Source of the DNA: an uncultured Gemmatimonadales bacterium
GTDB lineage: Bacteria > Gemmatimonadota > Gemmatimonadetes > Gemmatimonadales > JACORV01
Assembly (NCBI GenBank): GCA_963806755.1
Contig: CAWDZR010000034.1
Span: 31,223-95,222 of the forward strand
Length of the DNA: 64,000 nt
Direction of reading: 5' to 3'
The notes under the pieces were generated by a model. It saw nothing but the letters and a program-made list of their open reading frames with translations. It was not told the origin of the DNA and searched no databases. Below, one piece after another: positions 8,488-18,105 of this stretch (positions within the stretch are counted from its first letter, which is position 1; each line of letters opens with the position of its first letter). The position numbers and the translations under genes were made by a program.

Positions 8488-9360
8488 ATGCCAGGACGCA
8501 TCACCGCCGTCAGCCAGGCCCTGTGGGAGACCGCGGCGCCGCCGGAGCGGCATCGCGGGCGCGCCATCGCGCTGAGTGCCGCCCTGCTGGCCGGCTTCGC
8601 GGCGCTCGATTACGTCGCCGGCTACGAGATCAACCTCACGGCCCTCTACCTCGTGCCGGTCTTCGTCGCGGCCTGGAACGTCGGCCGTACCGCCGGCATC
8701 ATGATCGCCCTGGCGAGCGCGGTGGTCAGCATCGGGGGCGACCTCGTCGCCGGCGCGACGTATCGGAGCTGGGCCGTCCCCTGGATCATGCTGCTCCTGT
8801 GGAGCGGGTTGTTCGTCGTCTTCGTCCTGGTGCTCACCCAGCTGCGCCGGGCGCTCGATCGGGAGAAGGAGCTGGCGCGCGTGGACGCCCTCACCGAGGT
8901 CGCCAACCGGCGCTGCTTCGTGGAGGACGCGGGCGCCGAGCTCAGCCGGGCCAAGCGCAACGGGCGGCCGATGACCGTCGCGTACGTGGACCTCGACAAC
9001 TTCAAGCAGGTGAACGACCGCCTCGGTCACGAGATGGGGGACGAGCTGCTGCGCACAGTCGCTCGCGTGATGCGGAGCCGCTTGCGGGTCACCGATGCGA
9101 TCGGCCGGATGGGGGGCGACGAGTTCGCGATCTGCCTGCCCGACACCACCGTGGAGGCGGGCGAGGCCGTGCTCACCACGCTCCGGCGCCAGGTCGTGGA
9201 GGCGCTCCCGGAGAGCTGCCGGTTCGCCACCCTCACCATCGGCGCCGCGACCTTCACCGTCCCGCCGATGTCCGTCGAGGTGCTGCTGCGCCGCGCCGAC
9301 CAGGCACTCTACGCAGCCAAGCACGACGGGAAGAACCGGGTCAAGATCGAAGCCGTCTGA
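8488..9360 (+). CDS. membrane-anchored diguanylate cyclase (GGDEF) with an RxxD I-site
   Basis: N-terminal TM helices. RVTD-AIGRM-GGDEF puts the I-site 5 residues before GGDEF. The conserved end is LYAAKHDGKNRV. Confidence 0.9.
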   Translation: MPGRITAVSQALWETAAPPERHRGRAIALSAALLAGFAALDYVAGYEINLTALYLVPVFVAAWNVGRTAGIMIALASAVVSIGGDLVAGATYRSWAVPWIMLLLWSGLFVVFVLVLTQLRRALDREKELARVDALTEVANRRCFVEDAGAELSRAKRNGRPMTVAYVDLDNFKQVNDRLGHEMGDELLRTVARVMRSRLRVTDAIGRMGGDEFAICLPDTTVEAGEAVLTTLRRQVVEALPESCRFATLTIGAATFTVPPMSVEVLLRRADQALYAAKHDGKNRVKIEAV

Positions 9361-9364
9361 GCGG

Positions 9365-11233
9365 CTACTCCGGCACCACCATCACCTCCACGTGCGAGGG
9401 CGCCGCCGCGCTCCGCTCGACCGTCTCCGTCTCGGCGTGGTACGCGCTCGCCGGCGCCAGGAAGATGTTGGGCACCCAGGTCTGCGGGTTCCGGTCGTAG
9501 AGCGGGAACCAGGTGCTCTGCACCTGCACCATGATCCGGTGGCCCCGCCGGAACGTGTAGAGCTGGTGGTGCAGGTCCACGACGTACGTTTCGACGCGGC
9601 CCGGCGGGATCGGCTCCGGATGCTCCCAGCTCGACCGGTAGCGGCCGCGCATGACGTCCCCCGCCACCATCAGCTCGTACCCCGCCATCGCGGGGTGCGC
9701 CGTCACCTCCGGGTCGCCCGCCGCGCTGTCCGGATAGACGTCGATGAGCTTCACCACCCAGTCCGCGTCCGAGCCGGTCGTCGCGGCGAACAGGTGCGCC
9801 GTGACGTCGCCCGCGATGGTCACGTCGTGCGCGAGCGGCGCCGTCTTCCAGGTGCGCACGTCGGGACGCCCGTCCACGAACCGCTGGTCTTCCGTCATCC
9901 AGCGGCGCCACCGCGAGCCCGGGCTGTAGGTGATCTCGACGGGGCGCGGCCGGTAGGGCACCGGGTGCGCCGGGTCGGACACCCAGGCGTCGGAGCCGCT
10001 GCGGTCCCGCGGCGCGTCGAAGGACAGGACGCCCCCCGCCCGGAAGTACAGGTCCTCCGCCTTCGCCTCGCGCGGCGGCCACGCGTCGAAGCTCCGCCAC
10101 CGGTCGGTGCCGCCGTCGAACATCCGCGCCCTGGGGAAGTGCCCGTCGCCCTGGCCCTTCAGCCAGTACGCGAACCACGGCGCCTGGATCCGGATCAGGA
10201 ACGTATCCGAGGTCGCGCTGCCCCAGTCCATGTTGCCCAGCGTCTCGCCGCCCGGGAACCCCCACTCGCCGTGGTACCAGGGCCCGATGACGAGATGGTC
10301 CATGCCGGCCGTGTCCACCCGCGCGAGCGCCTCGTAGGTGGCCTGCGGGCCAAACAGGTCCTCCTGGTCCCAGAACCCGCCGACCAGGAGCGTGGGAATG
10401 GAGAGGCCGTGCACCACGCGCTCGAACGCCCGGCGTTGCCACACGCTGTCGTAAGCCGGGTTCTCGACGAAGCGCCGCCAGGTGGGGATGCGCATCGCGC
10501 CCGTGGAATCGGTCAGCGCCTTCAGGCTGGGGAAGGAGAGGTACCAGGTGTAGGCGTCGGCGCCGGTGATGGGCAGCGGGCCCGCGCCCACCGATGGCGC
10601 CTCCATCCCCCAGCCGTACTCGAACCCGTACGACATGCGGAACGCGCCCTGGTGGAAGAAGTCGTCACCCAGCCACGTGTCGGTCATCGGCGCCTGGGGC
10701 GAGATCGCCTTGACCGCGGGGTGCGGCCCGATCAGCGCCTCCTCGGCGAGCCAGCCGGGATACGAGATCCCGAACAGGCCGACGCGGCCGTTGTTGTTCG
10801 CCACGTTGTGGATCAGCCATTCCACGGTGTCCCAGGTGTCGGTGCTCTCGTCCACCGCGGTCGTGTCGCCAGGTGCCCGGTTGGGACGGTTCATCACGAA
10901 CGTCCCCTGCGAGCGGTTGCGGCCGCGGATGTCCTCTTCGACGAAGATGTAGCCGTCGGCCGCCAGCGCCGCGTACCGGCTCGGGGCGCGCCGGCCGGCG
11001 TTCCAGCCCTGGGCGCCGTAGGGTGTGCGCTCGAGCAGGATGGGCAGCGGCGCCGTCGCGCCGCGCGGCGACATGATGACGACGTACAGCTGTACCCCGT
11101 CGCGCATCGGGATCATCGCCTCGCGCCGGTCGAACGCGGGACCGGCGGAGCCCGCCTGCTGGGCGCACCCGGGCGCGGCGGCGGCGGCGAGGACGAGCGC
11201 GGCGAGCAGCGGGCGGCAGGCGGAGCGGAACAT
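9365..11233 (-). CDS. CocE/NonD-family (S15, X-Pro dipeptidyl-peptidase-like) serine hydrolase, secreted
   Basis: Start MFRSACRPLL at 11233 follows GAGGGGGAAG. Signal peptide, GISYPGW nucleophile motif and a C-terminal beta-sandwich region are present. Confidence 0.9.
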   Translation of the reverse strand: MFRSACRPLLAALVLAAAAAPGCAQQAGSAGPAFDRREAMIPMRDGVQLYVVIMSPRGATAPLPILLERTPYGAQGWNAGRRAPSRYAALAADGYIFVEEDIRGRNRSQGTFVMNRPNRAPGDTTAVDESTDTWDTVEWLIHNVANNNGRVGLFGISYPGWLAEEALIGPHPAVKAISPQAPMTDTWLGDDFFHQGAFRMSYGFEYGWGMEAPSVGAGPLPITGADAYTWYLSFPSLKALTDSTGAMRIPTWRRFVENPAYDSVWQRRAFERVVHGLSIPTLLVGGFWDQEDLFGPQATYEALARVDTAGMDHLVIGPWYHGEWGFPGGETLGNMDWGSATSDTFLIRIQAPWFAYWLKGQGDGHFPRARMFDGGTDRWRSFDAWPPREAKAEDLYFRAGGVLSFDAPRDRSGSDAWVSDPAHPVPYRPRPVEITYSPGSRWRRWMTEDQRFVDGRPDVRTWKTAPLAHDVTIAGDVTAHLFAATTGSDADWVVKLIDVYPDSAAGDPEVTAHPAMAGYELMVAGDVMRGRYRSSWEHPEPIPPGRVETYVVDLHHQLYTFRRGHRIMVQVQSTWFPLYDRNPQTWVPNIFLAPASAYHAETETVERSAAAPSHVEVMVVPE

Positions 11234-11388
11234 GCTTCCCCCTCGGGGCGGTCGTGGTTGGGTCGGGAGGCGTGCAAGCTGCCCGCGGCGCCCGCCGGCG
11301 CGCAAGCGGGGGGCGTGTTGCCCGGCCTGCCAACCCCCGGCTAGGATTCCGCATCCAACCACTGATCGCCGCCATCCCGGGAGAGCTC

Positions 11389-13821
11389 ATGCGCCACGCC
11401 CGCGCCTTCGCCGTCGGCCTTCTCGCCCTCGCCTGCGCCGGTCTCGCCGTCACGGCCGCCCCCGCCCGAGCGCAGCGCCCCGCCGGCGCGATCGGCGCGT
11501 ACGTGCCGCCGCGGACCTGGGCCGGCCCGCCCCACGGCTTCGACCTGCTGCACCAGACGGTCGCCATCGGCTTCGATTGGCTCCACCGCTCGATCGCGGG
11601 GACGGTGACGACCCGGGTCGTGATCGCGGGGGCGGCGACCGACACGCTGCGGCTCAACGCCGAGAACCTCACGATCGACGACGCCACCCAGGGCGGCCGG
11701 CGCCTCCGCTTCACCGCCGACACCGCGCACGTGACGGTGCGGCTGCCGCGACCGGCCGCGGTGGGCGACACGGTCGAGTTCACGCTGCGCTACCACGGCA
11801 CGCCGGAGCGCGGCATCTACTTCGTGCCGCGCGAGCACGTCATCTGGTCGCAGGGCGAGGCCACCGAGACGCGGGCCTGGGTGCCGACCTACGACGCGCC
11901 GGACGACAAGACCACGTGGGACATGCTCGTCACCGCCGACACCGGCATGAGCGTGCTGTCGAACGGGCGACTGGTGGACACGACGCCGGCCGCGGGCGGC
12001 GCGCAGCGCGTCTGGCACTGGACCCAGGACCTGCCGGCCTCGACCTATCTGTACTCCGTGGTCGTGGGACCCTTCACCGTGCTGCGGGACCAGTGGCGCG
12101 GCGTGCCGGTGGACTACTGGGTGTATCCCGACACGGTGGACGCCGCGTGGCGCACGTTCGGCGAGACGCCGGGCATGATCGAGCTGTTCTCCCGCCTTCT
12201 GGTGCCCTTCCCCTGGGCGAAGTACGACCAGTCCGCCATCCCCGACTTCACCTACGGCGGCATGGAGAACGTCTCCGCCACGACGCAGACCGATCTCGCC
12301 CTGCACGCCGCGGGCGACGAGCCGGAGCAGAACGGCCGCGGCCTGGTGGCGCACGAGCTCGCGCACCAGTGGTTCGGCGACCTGGTCACCACCGCCGATT
12401 GGGCCGACGCCTGGATCAACGAGGGCATGGCGACGTACATGGAGTCGGTCCAGACCGAGAAGACGCGCGGCCGCGACGCCGCCGCAGAGGAGTGGATCGG
12501 CCAGCAGGAGCAGGCGGAGGCGGCCGACCTGAGGCAGGAGCGGCCGCTGGTGTGGGGCGCCTACCAGGGCACCGATCCCATCCAGCTGTTCTTCAGCGGG
12601 CACGTCTATCCCAAGGGCGCGCAGCTGGCGCACCAGCTCCGGCGCCTGCTCGGCGACTCGCTGTTCTGGGCGGGGCTCAAGCGCTACCTGACCGACAACG
12701 CCTACAAGCCGGCCACCACGGCCGACTACGCCGACGCGTTCGAGAAGACCTGCAACTGCGACCTCGGCTGGTTCTTCGACCAGTGGGCGTACGGCATCGG
12801 GTACCCCAAGGTGCACTGGTCGCGGCAGTGGTCGCCTGCGCTCAAGACGCTCGTCCTGACGGTGGAGCAGACGCAGAAAGTGGATTCGCTCCACCCGCTG
12901 TTCCGGTTCCCCGTGACCGTGCGGGTGATCACCCGCGACTCGGTGGTGCGGCAGCCGATCATGGTCGCGAAGCAGCGGGAGTCCTTCCCCATCCCGCTGC
13001 CGGGCGACCCGCTGTCGGTGCGCTTCGACGAGGGCGGCTGGCTGCTGGGCCAGGTCACCAGCGACCTGACACCGTCCGAGCTGGCGGACATGGCCAAGCA
13101 CGATCTTGACTATTCCGCCCGCTCCTGGGCGCTGGACCAGCTGGCGCAGTCCACCGATCCCGCCGCCGTGGCGGCGCGGCGGTTCATCGTCCTGAACGAG
13201 CACGACGCGTCGCTGCGCGCGATGGCGCTGGGCCAGATGGGCTCCGACGCCGCTCCCGAGGGCGTCGCCGTCGTGCGCTCGGCGCTGCGCGATCCGGACA
13301 GCGACGTGCGCGCGCGGGCCGTGCAGGCGCTGGCGACGCTCGACGCCCCGGCCGCCCGCGCGGCTGCGGACACCGTGGCGCGGACCGACCCCAACAGCAC
13401 GGTGCGCGCGGCCGCGCTGCGCGTGCTGACCCGCCTCGCCGGCGCGGCCGCCCTGCCGGACCTGCTCGCGGCGGTCCAGCCGGGGCACCCCCTCAGCCTC
13501 CGCTTCTCCGCCGCGATCGGGCTGGCCCGCTTCCACACCTCCGAGGCCGTGGCCGCGCTCGCCGCGGCGACGGGGCCGACGGAGGACCGCAACATCCGCG
13601 AGGGAGCGCTCAACCTGATGGTGCAGCAGGGCGACACGGCCCAGGTGGTGGCGCTGGCGACGAAGTACCTCGACGACCCCGACGCGCTGTTCGCCGCGAA
13701 CGCGGTGGGCGTCCTGGCGCGGGAAGGCGGAGCCTCGGCCCGCGCCCAGCTGCTCGAGCGGTACGCCCACGAGACGCGCGTCCGGGTCCGGACCGCCATC
13801 GGCAGGGTCCTGCATCCATGA
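11389..13821 (+). CDS. M1-family aminopeptidase N-like zinc metallopeptidase with C-terminal HEAT repeats
   Basis: GGMEN exopeptidase motif and HELAHQWFGD...NEG (HEXXH-18-E). C-terminal DPDSDVRARAVQAL and DPNSTVRAAALRVL HEAT-like repeats. Signal peptide from the ATG at 11389. Confidence 0.9.
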   Translation: MRHARAFAVGLLALACAGLAVTAAPARAQRPAGAIGAYVPPRTWAGPPHGFDLLHQTVAIGFDWLHRSIAGTVTTRVVIAGAATDTLRLNAENLTIDDATQGGRRLRFTADTAHVTVRLPRPAAVGDTVEFTLRYHGTPERGIYFVPREHVIWSQGEATETRAWVPTYDAPDDKTTWDMLVTADTGMSVLSNGRLVDTTPAAGGAQRVWHWTQDLPASTYLYSVVVGPFTVLRDQWRGVPVDYWVYPDTVDAAWRTFGETPGMIELFSRLLVPFPWAKYDQSAIPDFTYGGMENVSATTQTDLALHAAGDEPEQNGRGLVAHELAHQWFGDLVTTADWADAWINEGMATYMESVQTEKTRGRDAAAEEWIGQQEQAEAADLRQERPLVWGAYQGTDPIQLFFSGHVYPKGAQLAHQLRRLLGDSLFWAGLKRYLTDNAYKPATTADYADAFEKTCNCDLGWFFDQWAYGIGYPKVHWSRQWSPALKTLVLTVEQTQKVDSLHPLFRFPVTVRVITRDSVVRQPIMVAKQRESFPIPLPGDPLSVRFDEGGWLLGQVTSDLTPSELADMAKHDLDYSARSWALDQLAQSTDPAAVAARRFIVLNEHDASLRAMALGQMGSDAAPEGVAVVRSALRDPDSDVRARAVQALATLDAPAARAAADTVARTDPNSTVRAAALRVLTRLAGAAALPDLLAAVQPGHPLSLRFSAAIGLARFHTSEAVAALAAATGPTEDRNIREGALNLMVQQGDTAQVVALATKYLDDPDALFAANAVGVLAREGGASARAQLLERYAHETRVRVRTAIGRVLHP

Positions 13822-14243
13822 AACCGTTCGACGCCCTCGGCCGGCTGGCCGGCCGCCTGTCGCCGCTCGCGCCCCTGTTCCTGCGACTCGCGGTCGGCTG
13901 GGTGTTTCTCCGTCACGGGATCATGAAGGTGAATATGGGGGCCGGCGCCGTGGCGGGATTCCTCGGCCACCTCGGCTTCCCCGTGCCCCACGCCTGGGCG
14001 GTGGTGCTCATCGTGGTCGAGACGGTCGGGGCCGGCTGCGTGGTGCTCGGGCTGTGGACCCGCTTCTGGGCGACGTGCCTCGCGGTGGACATGATCCTGG
14101 CGATCTGGCTGGCGGTGCTCCCGACGGGTCACGCGCCCGAGCTGGAGGGCCTGCTCCTGGCCGGCGCGCTCGCGCTGCTGGCGCTGGGCGACGGCCCCGT
14201 ATCCGTGGGCGCGCTGCTGCGGACGCGCGATGGGCAGAAGTGA
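13818..14243 (+). CDS. DoxX-family membrane protein
   Basis: ATGA overlap with the upstream gene. Has LFLRLAVGWVFLRHGIMK and four TM segments. Confidence 0.8.
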   Translation: MKPFDALGRLAGRLSPLAPLFLRLAVGWVFLRHGIMKVNMGAGAVAGFLGHLGFPVPHAWAVVLIVVETVGAGCVVLGLWTRFWATCLAVDMILAIWLAVLPTGHAPELEGLLLAGALALLALGDGPVSVGALLRTRDGQK

Positions 14244-14263
14244 CAGGACTGGAGAATGCAGTC

Positions 14264-14491
14264 GAGTTGCGAGACGCCGAGTTGCGCGTGGTTACGAGAC
14301 GGGAGTAATCGGAACGCAGGCCAGTTCTCAGTTGGCGGTCGAGGGCCCCCATGGGGGCGAGGAAGGCGGGGTCCCCGCGCAGCGGGGGATGGCCCCTCGC
14401 CCCCGTGGGGGACCGAGACCGACAACGCGTCCGCAGTGACGCACCGCGATCCTCGTCGCCGCTCACAACTTGGCGTCTCGCCACTGAACTC
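14264..14491. repeat. Nested long inverted repeat (~230 bp) in a convergent spacer; MITE-like, structured RNA or extended terminator
   Basis: The outer arms are 14264-14284 and 14466-14491, with a core of GCGAGACGCC / GGCGTCTCGC. The inner arms, 14346-14362 CCCCCATGGGGGCGAGG and 14395-14411 CCTCGCCCCCGTGGGGG, match 16/17. The central hairpin is 14372-14388, TCCCCGC-gca-GCGGGGA. Confidence 0.6.
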
Positions 14492-14509
14492 ACATCTGCG
14501 AGCTCACCT

Positions 14510-16798
14510 CTACCAGTCTAAGACCACGGGCTTCCCGGTGACCTCGAACCGCGTCGTGACGACGCCGCTGGTCGCCCCCTCGACGTCGCCCGGCTGGCCG
14601 CCGCCGACGCTGACCTCGAAGGTCCCCGGCTGCTCGACGCGCCGCATCGCGTCGTCGATCACCGCGAGCTGGCGCGGCTCGAGCGTGAACTCCACGCGCC
14701 GCCGCTCACCGGGACGCAGCGTCACACGCAGGACGCCCTCCAGCGACCGGATCGGGACGGGAACCCCGGCGCCGAGGATGGAGACGTACAGCTCGGCCAC
14801 CTCGTCGCCCGCCACCGCGCCCGCGTTCTCGACCACCGCCGACACCCGCACGGGCCGGCCCGCCCGCGGGTCGGGACTCACCGCCAGGCTGTCGTAGCGG
14901 AAGCGCGTGTAGCTCAGGCCGTAGCCGAACGGGTAGAGCGCGTCGCCGCGGAAGAAGCGGTAGGTCCGTCCTTCCATGTGGTAGTCGGTGAACGGCGGCA
15001 GCTGGCTCACGGAGCGGTACACGGTGACCGGCAGCCGCCCGGAAGGGCTGAAGTCTCCGAACAAGAGCGCCGCCAGCGCCGTCCCCGCCGCCTGGCCGGG
15101 GTACCACGCCTCGACGATCGCCGGCACGTGCTCCGCCGCCCAGTCCACCGCCACCGCGCTGCCGCTCAGCAGCACGAGCACCACGGGCGTCCCGGTGGCC
15201 GCCACGGCCCTGAGCAGCGAATCCTGCGGCGCGGGCAGCCCGAGGCGCGTGCGGTCGCCGCCCTCGAAGCCGGGCACGTGGACCGGCAGCTCCTCGCCTT
15301 CCAGGCGCGGCGAGAGGCCGAGGCACAGCACCGCGACGTCGGCGCCGCGCGCGGCCGCGACCGCCGCGTCCCGCCACACCGCCACGCTGTCCGAGTCGGC
15401 CATCCCCGCCGCCCACGGACTGCCCTTCGCATACACGACCACGGCCCCGGTCGCCCGCGAGCGGATCCCCGCCAGCGGCGTGACCGGCGCCGACGGCGTG
15501 CCATTGTAGTTGCCGAGCAGAACCTCCACGTCGTCGGCGTTCGGGCCGATCACCGCGATGCGGTGCAGGCCGGGCTTCAGGGGCAGGAACCCGCCCTCGT
15601 TCCGGAGCAGCACCAGCGACTCGCGGGCGGCCGTGTCCGCCAGCGCGGCATGGGCCGGCGTGTCGTTGGCGCCAAAGGGGATGGCGGCGTAGGGCACCTG
15701 GTCCGGCGGGTCGAACATCCCCAGGCGCAGCCGCGCCCGCACCAGGCGCGTCAGGGCGGTATCCACGTCCGCCTCGGTCGCGAGCCCCCGGTGCACCGCG
15801 TCCACGAGGCTGCGGTACGCGCCGCCGCAGTTGAGGTCCGTGCCCGCCTTGAGCGCCATCGCCGCCGCCGCGGCCTCGTCGTCGGTGACGCGGTGGCCCG
15901 CGCGGATATCGTCCACTGCGTCGCAGTCGGAGACCACGTACCCGCGGAAGTGCCAGCGGTCGCGCAGGAAGTGCCGCAGCAGCAGCGAATCCGCGCACGC
16001 CGGCACGCCGTCGAGGCGGTTGTATGCGCACATCACCGACCGTGCGCCCCCCTCGCGCACCGCCGCCTCGAACGCCGGCAGGTACGTCTCGCGCAGGTCG
16101 CGCCCGTCCACCACGGCGTCGAAGCCGTGCCGGCCGGGCTCCGGCCCGCTGTGCGCGGCGAAATGCTTGGGCGTGGCCACCACCCGCAGGTAGCGCGGGT
16201 CGTCCCCCTGCATCCCGCGGACGAACGCCACCGCGAGCCGGCCGGTGAGGTACGGGTCCTCGCCGTACGTCTCCTGGCCGCGGCCCCAGCGCGGGTCGCG
16301 GAAGATGTTGATGTTGGGCGACCAGAAGGTGAGGCCCTGGTACGTGCCGTGCTCGTCCCGGCGGAGCGCCTCGTGGTACTTCGCGCGCGCCTCGGTCGAG
16401 ATCACCGTCGCGACGCGGCCCAGCAGCGCGGGGTTCCAGGTCGCGGCGAGGCCGATCGCTTGCGGAAAGACGGTCGCCACGCCGGCGCGGGCCACCCCGT
16501 GGAGCCCCTCGCTCCACCAGTCGTAAGCGGGGATGTCCAGCCGCGAGATGGCCGGCGCGCGGTTCATCAGTTGGGCGATCTTCTCCTCGAGCGTGAGCCG
16601 GCTCACGAGATCGGCCGCGCGCGCCCGTTCCGGCAGCGCCGGGTTGCGGTACCCGAGGAGAATCGTCGCGCTGTCCACGACGACGAAGGGCGCGGGGGCG
16701 CGGGCCGGCCCGCCGGGCGCGCCGCCGGCGCGGCACGCCGCGGCGGCGGCCACGACGCCGACCGTGAGCCAGGCGCGACGGTTCGGGCAGGAGAGCAT
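14510..16798 (-). CDS. glycoside hydrolase family 3 (beta-glucosidase/beta-xylosidase-like), secreted
   Basis: Internal ATG at 16798 (MLSCPNRRAWLTVGVVAAAAAC) starts a signal peptide. LTLEEKIAQL, KHFAAHSGPE and GYVVSDCDAV are present, with a C-terminal Fn3-like domain. Confidence 0.9.
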   Translation of the reverse strand: MLSCPNRRAWLTVGVVAAAAACRAGGAPGGPARAPAPFVVVDSATILLGYRNPALPERARAADLVSRLTLEEKIAQLMNRAPAISRLDIPAYDWWSEGLHGVARAGVATVFPQAIGLAATWNPALLGRVATVISTEARAKYHEALRRDEHGTYQGLTFWSPNINIFRDPRWGRGQETYGEDPYLTGRLAVAFVRGMQGDDPRYLRVVATPKHFAAHSGPEPGRHGFDAVVDGRDLRETYLPAFEAAVREGGARSVMCAYNRLDGVPACADSLLLRHFLRDRWHFRGYVVSDCDAVDDIRAGHRVTDDEAAAAAMALKAGTDLNCGGAYRSLVDAVHRGLATEADVDTALTRLVRARLRLGMFDPPDQVPYAAIPFGANDTPAHAALADTAARESLVLLRNEGGFLPLKPGLHRIAVIGPNADDVEVLLGNYNGTPSAPVTPLAGIRSRATGAVVVYAKGSPWAAGMADSDSVAVWRDAAVAAARGADVAVLCLGLSPRLEGEELPVHVPGFEGGDRTRLGLPAPQDSLLRAVAATGTPVVLVLLSGSAVAVDWAAEHVPAIVEAWYPGQAAGTALAALLFGDFSPSGRLPVTVYRSVSQLPPFTDYHMEGRTYRFFRGDALYPFGYGLSYTRFRYDSLAVSPDPRAGRPVRVSAVVENAGAVAGDEVAELYVSILGAGVPVPIRSLEGVLRVTLRPGERRRVEFTLEPRQLAVIDDAMRRVEQPGTFEVSVGGGQPGDVEGATSGVVTTRFEVTGKPVVLDW

Positions 16799-16803
16799 GG
16801 CCA

Positions 16804-18006
16804 CTACGATATGCCTTCCGCTGCGCCGGGGAAGGGTCGTTCCGGCTCGGGGCGCCGCAGGCGCGCCAGCCGCCGCATCGCCGCGATTCCGGCGGCCGGG
16901 CCCGCAGCCAGCACGACGAACGCCCAGCGCCAGCCGACCTCGGTCACGAGGTGCGGCACGAGCTGAATCGAGGCCATCGTCAAGAGGAAGCCGAGCGACG
17001 TCTGCAGGGTGAGCGCGGTGCCCACCGCGTGGGCGGGCGCCAGCTCCGTGACGAGGGCGCTGAACTGCGCCGAATCCGCCACGACCGTGAAGCCCCACAC
17101 CAGCGCCACGGCGACGGCCAGCGCCGGCCACGCCGCGCCGGCGCCGACGAGGACCGCGCACGTTCCGCTCGCCGCCATCGCCCAGATCGTCAGGCGCTCG
17201 CGCCCGACGCGGTCGGCGAGCCAGCCCCCCGCCACGCAGCCGGCACCGCCCACCGCGATCGCGGCGAAGCCGGCCACGTCGGCCGCGCGCGGCCCGAGCC
17301 CCGCGCCCGCCGCGAGGAACACCGCGATCCACGTCCACATCGCGTACAGCTCCCACATGTGCCCGAGGTACCCGCCGATGGCGAGCCGCACGCCGCGGTG
17401 CCGCACGACCGCGCCGACCAGGTTCCAGGCGAACGGCCGGCGTTCGAAGGGAAACGGGCCGTCGTGCCACGCGGCCGCCACCAGCAGCCCGCCCGCCGCC
17501 GCCGCGGCCGACGACCCGAGCACCACGGGCGCGAGGCCCGCGTGCTCCAGCCCGTGGACCAGGTACGGCATCGCCTTGCCCACCGTGAGCGCGCCCACGA
17601 TCGTGCCGATGGCGAAGCCGCGTCCGTCGCGGAACCAGGTGGCGATCATCTTCATCGCGGGCGGGTACACCCCGGCCAGGCAGAAGCCGGTGGCGCAGCG
17701 CGACAGGAGCGCGGGGCCGTACCCCGGGGCGGCCAGCAGCGCGGCGTTGCTCGCCGCGGCCGCCAGGGCCGCCGCCGCGAACAAGGTGCGCCCGGAGACC
17801 AGGTCGGCGAGGTTCAGCACCGCCGCCACGGCCGTCCCCGCGACGAAGCCGAGCTGCACGGCGGCCGTGAGCCAGCCCACGCGGGCCGGACCCAGCGACC
17901 ACGCGCGCTCCAGCTGGGGCCCGAGCGCGCTCGCCGAGAACCACACGGACATCCCGAGCAGCTCGGCCAGCGCGAGCAGGGCGAGGGCGCGGTTACGCGG
18001 GGCCAC
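16804..18006 (-). CDS. MFS transporter
   Basis: About 12 predicted TM helices with typical MFS loop motifs; GTG start at 18006. It lies 5 nt upstream of the GH3 gene. Confidence 0.85.
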   Translation of the reverse strand: MAPRNRALALLALAELLGMSVWFSASALGPQLERAWSLGPARVGWLTAAVQLGFVAGTAVAAVLNLADLVSGRTLFAAAALAAAASNAALLAAPGYGPALLSRCATGFCLAGVYPPAMKMIATWFRDGRGFAIGTIVGALTVGKAMPYLVHGLEHAGLAPVVLGSSAAAAAGGLLVAAAWHDGPFPFERRPFAWNLVGAVVRHRGVRLAIGGYLGHMWELYAMWTWIAVFLAAGAGLGPRAADVAGFAAIAVGGAGCVAGGWLADRVGRERLTIWAMAASGTCAVLVGAGAAWPALAVAVALVWGFTVVADSAQFSALVTELAPAHAVGTALTLQTSLGFLLTMASIQLVPHLVTEVGWRWAFVVLAAGPAAGIAAMRRLARLRRPEPERPFPGAAEGIS

Positions 18007-18105
18007 GGTCGCGGGTCATGGGGTGGGTGAGGGTCGCCCCTCCGCCGCGTCTTGTCAATCGCCGGCCCGCGGTCGATCTTCGGCGAGGACCATCCGGACC
18101 GGGAC

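Noticed and set aside
14244-14509. tRNA, small RNA gene or small ORFs (14129..14425, 14230..14439, 14256..14897) in the doxX-GH3 spacer
   Set aside because: I saw no cloverleaf or T-loop GTTCRANNC consensus, and the ORF translations are low complexity. I kept the region only as a structured inverted repeat.
16799-17944. In-frame N-terminal extension making the GH3 gene 1144 aa
   Set aside because: The extension is Arg/Gly junk and fully overlaps the well-supported MFS gene in another frame. The ATG at 16798 begins a proper signal peptide.
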